Source: a virus
Length of the DNA: 45,379 nt
Reading direction: 5' to 3' (one strand)
Virus record (IMG/VR): IMGVR_UViG_3300045988_046206
Location: 1 to 45,379 of that record
Shown here: positions 1-6,400 of the stretch, one piece after another
How the letters are laid out: each line of letters starts with the position of its first letter
Position numbering within the stretch: the first letter of the stretch is position 1
The notes under the pieces: generated by a model
Seen by the model: only the letters and a program-made list of their open reading frames with translations
The model's database searches: none
What the model was told of the DNA's origin: nothing
Position numbers and translations under genes: made by a program

Positions 1-55
1 ACTTTTCCGCTCTGTAAAGTACCCTCTGCGTATTTTGACTTGAGTACAGCGCCCG
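1..55. repeat. 55-bp terminal direct repeat, identical to 45325..45379 (circular-assembly overlap)
   Basis: Read directly: bases 1-55 equal bases 45325-45379. The capsid reading frame runs uninterrupted across the junction. Confidence 0.95.
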
Positions 56-194
56 GCTGCTTTTTGATAGGCCTCATGATACCCAGAATATCACGTAAGT
101 GCTGCCAGTTTCTTTCGAATCTGGTAACGAAGTCAATCTCACGTGCTGTGACCTGGATATCATTACTCATAATAAGATTAGCTTTTGCTGCCAT
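1..194 (-). CDS. Major capsid protein, N-terminal 64 codons (continues across the circular junction into 45324..44349; 389 aa in total)
   Basis: ATG at 194 preceded by GAAAGGA. Translation MAAKANLIMSNDIQVTAREIDFVTRFERNWQHLRDILGIMRPIKKQPGAVLKSKYAEGTLQSGK joins in frame to the track ORF 44349..45326, whose listed M is an internal GTG. Confidence 0.8.
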   Translation of the reverse strand, partial: MAAKANLIMSNDIQVTAREIDFVTRFERNWQHLRDILGIMRPIKKQPGAVLKSKYAEGTLQSGK

Positions 195-273
195 ATAAAA
201 ATCCTTTCTACCCATAATTGTTAAGGTATTGGGTTAGCGGCTATACTCTGATGTATAGTCGGTGTAAAAAAAA

Positions 274-906
274 TCACTGGAATAACTGGATGTTCTGAGC
301 AATTGCAGCCTGTCTCTCGGACGGGTCTTTGATTGCTTCGATATCTTTTTTAGTCATACTTCCCGGTGTCTGCTGCTGTCCAACATGTGTTGTAAATCTT
401 GCCTGGTTCTGCTGAGCCTGCTGCTGAGATTCATCCACAAAAGCGGATGCGTCAGACTGCTTCATCTGTTCAATCAGATCATTTAATCCGAGAATTTTGC
501 CGTCTTTCAGCTTTAATCCTGCTTCTTTGATGTCTGCCATAACAGACCTCTTAGCTGCTTCACTGGAAAATTTAACATCGTCGAGTGCCGCTTTGAGTGC
601 GTCTGAGAAATCACGGTCGTAGATTTTTGCATTGAATTCTTTCTCTGCATCTGCCGCTTTCTGTTTCCAAGTCTCTAACTCGGTTTTAACATTCGCCGGG
701 TCGATACCGTCGAAACCTTTCAGAGTTTCTTCTGCTGTCTCAGCACGTTCTTTCCAGTTATCGCGTTCTCCCTCAACTTTTGACAGGGTTTTTGCTACTT
801 CTTTCGCATTTTTGTAATGCTCAGAGAGTGCTTTCTTAACATCTGCCTGTTTATCCTCCGGGATTTCAATTCCAAATGATTTTAATGTGTCAATAAGTTT
901 CTGCAT
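274..906 (-). CDS. Head scaffolding protein (GP20-like, coiled-coil, E/K-rich)
   Basis: Track ORF 274..1041 trimmed because its first 45 codons overlie the tRNA. ATG at 906 sits 6 nt after AGGAGG. Lies directly upstream of the capsid gene. Sequence is MQKLIDTLKSFGIEIPEDKQ... with a Q-rich tail. Confidence 0.8.
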   Translation of the reverse strand: MQKLIDTLKSFGIEIPEDKQADVKKALSEHYKNAKEVAKTLSKVEGERDNWKERAETAEETLKGFDGIDPANVKTELETWKQKAADAEKEFNAKIYDRDFSDALKAALDDVKFSSEAAKRSVMADIKEAGLKLKDGKILGLNDLIEQMKQSDASAFVDESQQQAQQNQARFTTHVGQQQTPGSMTKKDIEAIKDPSERQAAIAQNIQLFQ

Positions 907-984
907 ATACATCCTCCTGGTCGTGTTTATTGACCTGCCGCCGCAGGTAAATGGATTAAGCCAGTTAGACCACTGGCAGGGTAA

Positions 985-1056
985 GGAAATAAGGGGAATC
1001 GAACCCCTGACCAATATCCTATGCGGATACTGCTCTACCACTAGAGCTATATTTCC
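985..1056 (-). tRNA. tRNA with CAU anticodon (Met or Ile2 type) and a non-canonical anticodon loop CGCAUAG
   Basis: 72-nt cloverleaf folded by hand: acceptor GGAAATA/TATTTCC, D arm GCTC-TAGTGGTA-GAGC, anticodon stem GTATC/GATAT, variable TGGTC, T arm AGGGG-TTCGATT-CCCCT. No encoded CCA. Position 33 is G rather than the near-universal U. Confidence 0.8.
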
Positions 1057-1380
1057 ATAACCCGGATTCCCGGGTTAGCAAGGTATTTTACGTGCTATGC
1101 CTAAACACGAGACGTTTCGGGCTACGTCAACACCGCCTATACGGTCGCACACCTCTGCACGGGTTGAATTCCACTGTTCAGTTATATGCTCTCACAAGGA
1201 GGTATGCCGCCATGCACTAACGGCAATGGTACGCGTCGGAAATTGCATCCGCTTTTCAACCTCCAGATTCCGCTCGAACCTGTTTCTGTTAAGGACACGC
1301 ACCTGAGAAAGGAGGAATCAATGAAAAAAAATGTCTATGTCAAGTGGCTGTAACCACTTACGAATCTTCCCTATGAATAC

Positions 1381-1420
1381 ATTTTACCACAGAACCTCCA
1401 AAAAGTTGTGGTACATGTTT
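1381..1420 (-). promoter_or_regulatory. Conserved 20-bp element copy 1 (minus: AAACATGTACCACAACTTTT) plus TGGTAAAAT exactly 18 nt after ACCAC
   Basis: Core 1401-1420 is identical to 11817-11836 and 19/20 identical to 6339-6358. The extended -10-like TGGTAAAAT is at 1381-1389. Confidence 0.6.
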
Positions 1421-1427
1421 TGGCTAA

Positions 1428-1982
1428 TTAGAGCATATCCCGGAGTTTTTCCACGTATCTTTTAACAAGATCACGTTCCTCCCGGCATTCCGCGTCCTTG
1501 GACATATCGCTCATTTCTGTTGTGAGTTCATCCAGATGTTCTTCCAATGCGGCAAGCATCTTTCTTTTACAGTCCTCAGACTTGCCGGAACGATAGCTCT
1601 GTTTCTGTGTCATATAGTCGTCATAAGCATCCCGCCCGTCAGAACGGCTGTAATGTCCTCTGACATAATGCTCGCCACGTCTGGCATAAGAACTACCTCT
1701 GTCGTAATCCGGCATCATTCTGCCGTCATTTGCGCTGTATCTCCCCATGCTGTCACGCTTTCTTCCGCGTTCGCTGTAATCGTCATTGTATCCGCTACGC
1801 ATCTCATCAAGAACAGTGTTGTAATATTCCACTTTTTTGTCCCAGTAATACGTATTCTTGATATCTTTATACATATCAATCAGCTTGTATGTCATTTCCA
1901 GATTTCCTGTGGTCAGCCCACTGTCAGCGATTTTGGAAAGTTCGTCTTCAATTCTTGCACATAAGTCTTTAATGTCTCTCAT
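1428..1982 (-). CDS. Hypothetical protein, 184 aa, helical ends with an R/Y/D/S-rich low-complexity centre
   Basis: Track ORF 1428..1988. ATG at 1982 lies 7 nt after AGGAGG. No motif recognised. Confidence 0.7.
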   Translation of the reverse strand: MRDIKDLCARIEDELSKIADSGLTTGNLEMTYKLIDMYKDIKNTYYWDKKVEYYNTVLDEMRSGYNDDYSERGRKRDSMGRYSANDGRMMPDYDRGSSYARRGEHYVRGHYSRSDGRDAYDDYMTQKQSYRSGKSEDCKRKMLAALEEHLDELTTEMSDMSKDAECREERDLVKRYVEKLRDML

Positions 1983-1993
1983 AATCACACCTC

Positions 1994-2416
1994 CTACGCT
2001 TCTCTGGTCACGACAATGTTTGCGTTCGCAACAGAAATTGCCTGATCGCTAGTGTTCTCTACTGCGATATTAACGCAACATCCGCGAGGTACATCAATAT
2101 AGATGCCTGCGGACACATTGTTGTACTGATTTACTGCTGCCGGTGTGGAAATCATCTGGGAAGAAAGAACCGGCTCACCAGAGATTGCAATTGCCAGAGA
2201 AATAGCTCCGACAGTACCGCCTGTTGGAATTGCGATATTACCAGAAAAATCCACGAAGAATCTCGCTTTGCACTGATTAGTCAGTCCTCTCAGTGTAATA
2301 ATTCCGCTTCCCTCTCTGTGCTGAATGCAGTTAGAGCCTTTAACTGCTGTGTTTGAAAATACTACGTTTCCATTTGCTGCTACAGTCTGAGCAGCTACAT
2401 TTGTAAATTCTGCCAT
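1994..2416 (-). CDS. Hypothetical protein resembling BclA C-terminal / ExsFA-type (C1q/TNF-like jelly-roll) domains
   Basis: 140 aa of all-beta-looking sequence. It ends ...GIYIDVPRGCCVNIAVENTSDQAISVANANIVVTREA, like exosporium nap-protein C-domains. RBS is GAAAGGAG. The family call is by resemblance only. Confidence 0.45.
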   Translation of the reverse strand: MAEFTNVAAQTVAANGNVVFSNTAVKGSNCIQHREGSGIITLRGLTNQCKARFFVDFSGNIAIPTGGTVGAISLAIAISGEPVLSSQMISTPAAVNQYNNVSAGIYIDVPRGCCVNIAVENTSDQAISVANANIVVTREA

Positions 2417-2436
2417 AAAAATACTCCTTTCATATC

Positions 2437-2463
2437 ACAAAAGGACAGGTCTCAGCCTGCCCC
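2437..2463 (-). terminator. Putative rho-independent terminator (minus strand)
   Basis: Minus strand reads GGGCAGG-CTGAGA-CCTGTCC followed by TTTTGTG. 7-bp stem including one G-U pair, short T run. Confidence 0.4.
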
Positions 2464-2525
2464 TCTGTGTAATACGGCATAGCCGACATCCGAATCAATC
2501 GAAAGATACTCTCGATATGAAGTTG

Positions 2526-3305
2526 TTAGCAATTACATCCAGTGTTACATCCGCATCCGTAAAATGTGTTCGGATTAGGAACCTGATATGCCGGAATCGG
2601 TGCTGGATTAATCGCATTAATGAGCTGCTGTGTCTGTGAAGCCATTGCAGTTGTGATCAATGCGCTCTGGCGATCCTGAGATGCAGCACGTCTGAGATCA
2701 TTGTTCTCAGCCTGCAAACTAGAAATCTTTTCGTTACAAAGATAATCAAGAATGGCTCTTGTTCCAGCATTCTGGCTGTCAATGATATCTCTTGTGTTGC
2801 TGTTCATGGTGTTTTGCAATGCACAGGTATTCTGTGCCATATTGTAGTTTACGCCCTGGATAGCTTCCCGGGTTTCACAACAACAGTTCGCAAGCTGAGC
2901 CTGTAAAGCATTGGTATTCTGCATATTCGCCACAGTATCGGCATTAATAGCCTGCTGGATACCGAAACCAGTCTGCATGATATTTGTGTTGATTCCATTG
3001 AATCCGGTAAGCATACCGTTGTTCATGGCATAAAAGCCATCGCACAGGCCACTGTTGATTCCGTCAAGTTTGCTGATTACTGCGGAGTTATCGAATCCTC
3101 TCTGAATATCTGCCTGAGTAGCTGCTGTGGCCGCATATCCACCACCGTTGCCATTGTTGCCCCAGCCATTGTTTCCCCATCCAAAGAAAGCAAAAATAAA
3201 TAAAACAATAATCCACCAGCTACCGTCTCCACCGAACATGCCGTCATTGTTTCTACCATTTCCAGTAGCGGCGGCAATATCTGCTAAGCTATAATTTCCA
3301 TCCAT
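2526..3305 (-). CDS. Hypothetical single-pass membrane protein with Gly/Asn/Trp repeats, N/Q/T-rich coiled region and Cys clusters
   Basis: 259 aa. TM segment WWIIVLFIFAFFGW is followed by GNNGWGNNGNGGG. Internal CCC triplet (LANCCCETR). C-terminus is FYGCGCNTGCNC. RBS is AAAGGAGA. Confidence 0.7.
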   Translation of the reverse strand: MDGNYSLADIAAATGNGRNNDGMFGGDGSWWIIVLFIFAFFGWGNNGWGNNGNGGGYAATAATQADIQRGFDNSAVISKLDGINSGLCDGFYAMNNGMLTGFNGINTNIMQTGFGIQQAINADTVANMQNTNALQAQLANCCCETREAIQGVNYNMAQNTCALQNTMNSNTRDIIDSQNAGTRAILDYLCNEKISSLQAENNDLRRAASQDRQSALITTAMASQTQQLINAINPAPIPAYQVPNPNTFYGCGCNTGCNC

Positions 3306-3325
3306 AATATAATCTCCTTTTTGTA

Positions 3326-3353
3326 TATTTACATCAATCTGGCCAGATTGTAA
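3326..3353 (-). promoter_or_regulatory. Sigma70-like promoter (minus: TTACAA-16 nt-TAAATA) with a perfect 14-bp palindrome AATCTGGCCAGATT in the spacer
   Basis: Read directly. The palindrome is at 3336-3349. Sits ~20 nt upstream of the RBS of 2526..3305. Confidence 0.45.
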
Positions 3354-3357
3354 TGTA

Positions 3358-3579
3358 CTATTTCATTCCTTTCAACATGTGCTGAAACTGTCCTGCCATC
3401 TGCTGAACTTGATTGAGCTGTTGCTGCGAAATCTTCCCAGACTGTAACATCTTTTCAACTTCTGCTTTCGGGTCCCCCCTAAAATTCTGTTTAAACTGCA
3501 TAAACTGCTGTATCATCTGCATTGGTCCGTTTCCCTGTGGCATCCCACCACCAAGTGCGTTAAATAATGGATTACTCAT
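3358..3579 (-). CDS. Hypothetical Q-rich small protein (73 aa)
   Basis: Track ORF 3358..3585. The second ATG (3579) has better spacing, 8 nt after GGAGG. Sequence is MSNPLFNALGGGMPQGNGPMQMIQQFMQFKQNF... Confidence 0.6.
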   Translation of the reverse strand: MSNPLFNALGGGMPQGNGPMQMIQQFMQFKQNFRGDPKAEVEKMLQSGKISQQQLNQVQQMAGQFQHMLKGMK

Positions 3580-4042
3580 TTGCATTTCCTCCCTTGACTG
3601 CTGATTCCTGCACGGTATTAGCTCTAACAGGTTCAGAAAAAGAATTTAATCGGTTTATGATAGCTTCATATTTGCCTTTCAAATCATCGTATTCCTGTCG
3701 TGTGACATATTTACTGTCCATGTTCTGAACAGGCTGTTTAGGTGGCATCTGAGTACCTATTTCGTGATACTCAAACGTCCGTAATGGTTGTGGCATACCG
3801 GAAACGTCTGTGGATTTTATGTAGAACTTTTCGCTTTCACTGTCCATCAGTAAAACACTTGTTCCGGGTGCTACCAGATAGGATTTTGCGCCGACTTCGC
3901 CAGACACCCACAGGATACCATTGTTATTCTGCTGGGGTTGCTGTACTGGTTGAGCTGGCATCTGGACAGGCTGTTGCTGAAATTGATTCATCTGTCCCGG
4001 AACGCCAAAACTATATTGATAAGGATTGTTATATAATGCCAT
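3572..4042 (-). CDS. Hypothetical protein with Q/P-rich N-terminus and a compact beta-rich core (156 aa)
   Basis: Track ORF 3572..4051 begins at a GTG. The ATG at 4042 lies 8 nt after AGGAGG. No motif recognised. Confidence 0.65.
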   Translation of the reverse strand: MALYNNPYQYSFGVPGQMNQFQQQPVQMPAQPVQQPQQNNNGILWVSGEVGAKSYLVAPGTSVLLMDSESEKFYIKSTDVSGMPQPLRTFEYHEIGTQMPPKQPVQNMDSKYVTRQEYDDLKGKYEAIINRLNSFSEPVRANTVQESAVKGGNANE

Positions 4043-4056
4043 CTCGTACACCTCCT

Positions 4057-4104
4057 ATGACTTATTCTATGACTTATTCTATGACTTATTCTATGACTTT
4101 CTAT
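4057..4104. repeat. Tandem 12-bp repeat ATGACTTATTCT x3 plus one degenerate copy, abutting the RBS of 3572..4042
   Basis: Read directly: copies at 4057-4068, 4069-4080 and 4081-4092 are identical. Copy 4093-4104 is degenerate (ATGACTTTCTAT). Confidence 0.9.
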
Positions 4105-4119
4105 AGCTATATTTTTGCA

Positions 4120-4155
4120 TAAAAAAAGAACCGGAAACAGGTCGTTTCTGGCTCT
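4120..4155 (-). terminator. Rho-independent terminator (minus strand)
   Basis: Minus strand reads AGAGCCAGAAAC-GACCT-GTTTCCGGTTCT followed by TTTTTTTAT. Lies directly downstream of 4175..4375. Confidence 0.8.
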
Positions 4156-4174
4156 AATTAGTGCCTAAAAAGTA

Positions 4175-4375
4175 TCAGCACACTTTAATTATTTTATTGT
4201 TTACCCGTCGGCTCAATCGTTTCGCCGTAGATATGCTCACATTCATTTTCTCAGCACAGCATTCGAGAGTGTATTCTTTGCATCTCAGCCGAAACAGTTT
4301 TTCTTCGTCCGGCGTAAAATTACACTCTGTCAAGAACCTGTCTATATCTTTCTTCGTGAACACATATAACTTCAT
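4175..4375 (-). CDS. Small sigma-70 region-4-like HTH protein (66 aa)
   Basis: MKLYVFTKKDIDRFLTECNFTPDEEKLFRLRCKEYTLECCAEKMNVSISTAKRLSRRVNNKIIKVC. The pattern L..RE..vF.Lr...g.s..EiAe.l..S..TVk..l.ra..Ki is typical of region 4. ATG at 4375 lies 7 nt after AAGGGG. Confidence 0.55.
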   Translation of the reverse strand: MKLYVFTKKDIDRFLTECNFTPDEEKLFRLRCKEYTLECCAEKMNVSISTAKRLSRRVNNKIIKVC

Positions 4376-4395
4376 AAGCATACCCCTTACCAATG

Positions 4396-4701
4396 CTACC
4401 GTTGATTCTGCGCAAGATACTCCGTGAGCTTCTGTTTTGTTTTTTTTAACTCCTCGACATTATTCCCACTGATCTGACTGTCCAACATGGTCGACAACAC
4501 TTCCAGAATCAATGAATCACGCTCTGCAATCCTCTGGAGACTCTCGTAATCTCGTTTGTCATGTTCTTCCAGTGTCTCTACTCGCTTATTGAGGCGAAAT
4601 GCCGGTGTAATCCATTTAAAGATTACGGCTGCCGCTCCTCCGACAATAGACACCCCTCCGCAGATTGAAAGGAATATTTGTACAAATTCTGATATGCTCA
4701 T
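4396..4701 (-). CDS. Hypothetical membrane-anchored coiled-coil protein (101 aa)
   Basis: N-terminal TM segment FVQIFLSICGGVSIVGGAAAVIF followed by a charged helical region. RBS is AAGGAG. Confidence 0.7.
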   Translation of the reverse strand: MSISEFVQIFLSICGGVSIVGGAAAVIFKWITPAFRLNKRVETLEEHDKRDYESLQRIAERDSLILEVLSTMLDSQISGNNVEELKKTKQKLTEYLAQNQR

Positions 4702-4705
4702 TTAG

Positions 4706-5089
4706 CTACTCCTTTTCCCAGTAATATACCGGGATCTCATTACCGCTATCCCATGTATCGAAATATTTGCCCTCTTGTACTGCCACAACATGACCATCTA
4801 TGCAAAGAATGTATGTGCCTGTCGGATGGTCTGTGCAAAAGTCATTGACTGTATAGATATATCGTTCTGATTGTTCAATCAGTTTACGTCTGTACCCATG
4901 CTTATAAAGGTATGCTCCCCAGACATAATTTGCGCTTGGCATATCTGATAGAGAACACGCTTGTACCATTAGCCCGGCGAATACTGTTTCCCAGTCGAAG
5001 CCAGTTGCTTTGCATATTGCCCGGACAACGCAATCTCCTGTTCTCTTATCCTTAACAGGATTCGGATTGAAATATTCCCATCTATCCAT
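4706..5089 (-). CDS. Hypothetical protein, possible papain-like cysteine peptidase fold
   Basis: 127 aa. Candidate catalytic Cys lies in the motif NPNP...GDCVVRAI, with a later GH (CIDGHVVAV). Translationally coupled (TGATG) to the minor capsid gene. The function call is tentative. Confidence 0.35.
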   Translation of the reverse strand: MDRWEYFNPNPVKDKRTGDCVVRAICKATGFDWETVFAGLMVQACSLSDMPSANYVWGAYLYKHGYRRKLIEQSERYIYTVNDFCTDHPTGTYILCIDGHVVAVQEGKYFDTWDSGNEIPVYYWEKE

Positions 5090-6318
5090 CAGTCAATCCC
5101 CTTTGCTGTTTTATAACGTTTTGCCGCTCCTCTGGCTTTAGCAGCGTTCTGACGGTTCCACTTAGCAATCATGAGCCGGTCTTGCAGTTCTCTCAAGTCG
5201 TTCTGCTTGCAGTAATCTTTATATGCAGTATTTTGTTTCTGCAAAAGATAAGACTTCCGGTCAAGGTCTTGTTGGAGTGCGAATCTTGCCTGTTCGTCCT
5301 TGCAGTTGTCAACCGCCGCTTGCAACCCAAGGACTTCACGCTTCGTTTTGCGGATTCTTCGTTCATAAGTACGTTGTCGTTGTTCCTTTTCGTACTGTTT
5401 GCCTTTGTCGGTTTTATCCTGTGCTGATAATTCCGCATAAGGATTAAATTCTCCATCACTGGCTCCAAAGCTATGCCGACAGTTGACCCCTGACAATCCG
5501 CTTGCTGTTCCATACCCAGTCAATGAGAACGGCGGAAATTTCTTACTCTTGCCAGAACGAGAGTATATCTTGCCTTGCCAAAACGAGTGATTTCCCGGAT
5601 TCTCGCCGCCGTCACCCGTCCTCGCTCCTATGTGCGCACTGACCAGAACTAAATCCCAGTCCATTTCTTCCATGCGTTTTAGGGATATATCTCCCGTAGC
5701 CTGCGCCACGCCAGTTCTAACAGAACGTGCAACTGCGGTTTCGATGGTGTCTTTTCTGCCAGATGGATATGTGACAGTGACGCCATCTGATACAACGTTA
5801 TTGACTGCCTCTTTGATGGCTTGCGTATACCCAACTGCTCCAGTCATTACATGATTATAGGCAAGGTCGCATTGTTCGATATAGAGTCTCTGGGCGGCAC
5901 TTGCGGTTGTTCTCGTGAAGTTCTTCCACTCGCCCATGGTTGCAAGCATATTCCGCTCCATGAGCCTTATCATAGATGGTGACTGTTCGAGCGGTACAGG
6001 GCTTAATCCCGCCGCCTTATATACCTTATCATCATAGTTCATTGCAGTGATTCCGGCATCTTCAAACGCTTCAAGAAGCTCCTGCTGTTCACGTTTGGTG
6101 TATTTGGATAGTTCCGCTAGAATGTCTTCTAGTAATTCACCAGATTCCTGTAGTGTTCTGATTCTCCATACATCAGCGTTGGTCAGAATATAATCCTCAC
6201 CTCTGCCGATTCTTGCCATCATCCGAGACACGATCTCAGAGATGATATACTGATGCAGTTCTTCTGCAATTTGTTCACTGCCCTCTGTTATCCGGCGCAA
6301 ATATTCAGGACTAAGCAT
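5089..6318 (-). CDS. Minor capsid / head morphogenesis protein (phage minor capsid protein 2, SPP1 gp7-like)
   Basis: 409 aa. The N-terminus MLSPEYLRRITEGSEQIAEELHQYIISEIVSRMMARIGRGEDYILTNADVWRI matches the minor-capsid-2 pattern. Basic C-terminal tail. RBS is AGAGGTGA. Confidence 0.75.
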   Translation of the reverse strand: MLSPEYLRRITEGSEQIAEELHQYIISEIVSRMMARIGRGEDYILTNADVWRIRTLQESGELLEDILAELSKYTKREQQELLEAFEDAGITAMNYDDKVYKAAGLSPVPLEQSPSMIRLMERNMLATMGEWKNFTRTTASAAQRLYIEQCDLAYNHVMTGAVGYTQAIKEAVNNVVSDGVTVTYPSGRKDTIETAVARSVRTGVAQATGDISLKRMEEMDWDLVLVSAHIGARTGDGGENPGNHSFWQGKIYSRSGKSKKFPPFSLTGYGTASGLSGVNCRHSFGASDGEFNPYAELSAQDKTDKGKQYEKEQRQRTYERRIRKTKREVLGLQAAVDNCKDEQARFALQQDLDRKSYLLQKQNTAYKDYCKQNDLRELQDRLMIAKWNRQNAAKARGAAKRYKTAKGID

Positions 6319-6358
6319 AGTATATCACCTCTTTCATCAAAAGTCGTGGTACATGTTT
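6319..6358 (-). promoter_or_regulatory. Conserved 20-bp element copy 2 (minus: AAACATGTACCACGACTTTT) plus TGATATACT 18 nt after ACCAC
   Basis: Core 6339-6358 is 19/20 identical to the other two copies. Here the -10-like element abuts the ATG at 6318 and overlaps its RBS, so a classical promoter role is doubtful. Confidence 0.45.
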
Positions 6359-6400
6359 GGAAAATATGCTACAATCAACCTATTAAGGAGGTGTCGCAAA

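Noticed and set aside
1-55. Biological direct terminal repeat or cos end
   Set aside because: The duplication falls in the middle of the capsid ORF, and its length (55 bp) is that of a common assembler k-mer. Circular-assembly overlap is the simpler explanation, though read-terminus analysis would be needed to be certain.
208-262. Hairpin CGGCTATAC-N6-GTATAGTCG between the scaffold and capsid genes as a terminator
   Set aside because: On the transcribed (minus) strand the T run precedes the stem rather than following it. It may stabilise or process the mRNA, but it is not a canonical terminator.
907-1041. N-terminal 45 codons of track ORF 274..1041
   Set aside because: This stretch is the reverse translation of the tRNA gene (985-1056) and its flank. 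A proper AGGAGG-ATG start exists at 906.
1097-1306. 69-aa plus-strand ORF in the tRNA leader
   Set aside because: No RBS, an implausible composition rich in Arg, Ser, Cys, His and Thr, and a location in a region better explained as non-coding RNA or leader.
4057-4104. CRISPR-like array
   Set aside because: The units are 12 bp and contiguous with no spacers, and no cas genes are present. It is a simple tandem repeat.
5182-5854. Several 74-106-aa ORFs in other frames within the minor-capsid gene
   Set aside because: All are nested in a well-supported 409-aa gene, and none has translation signals.
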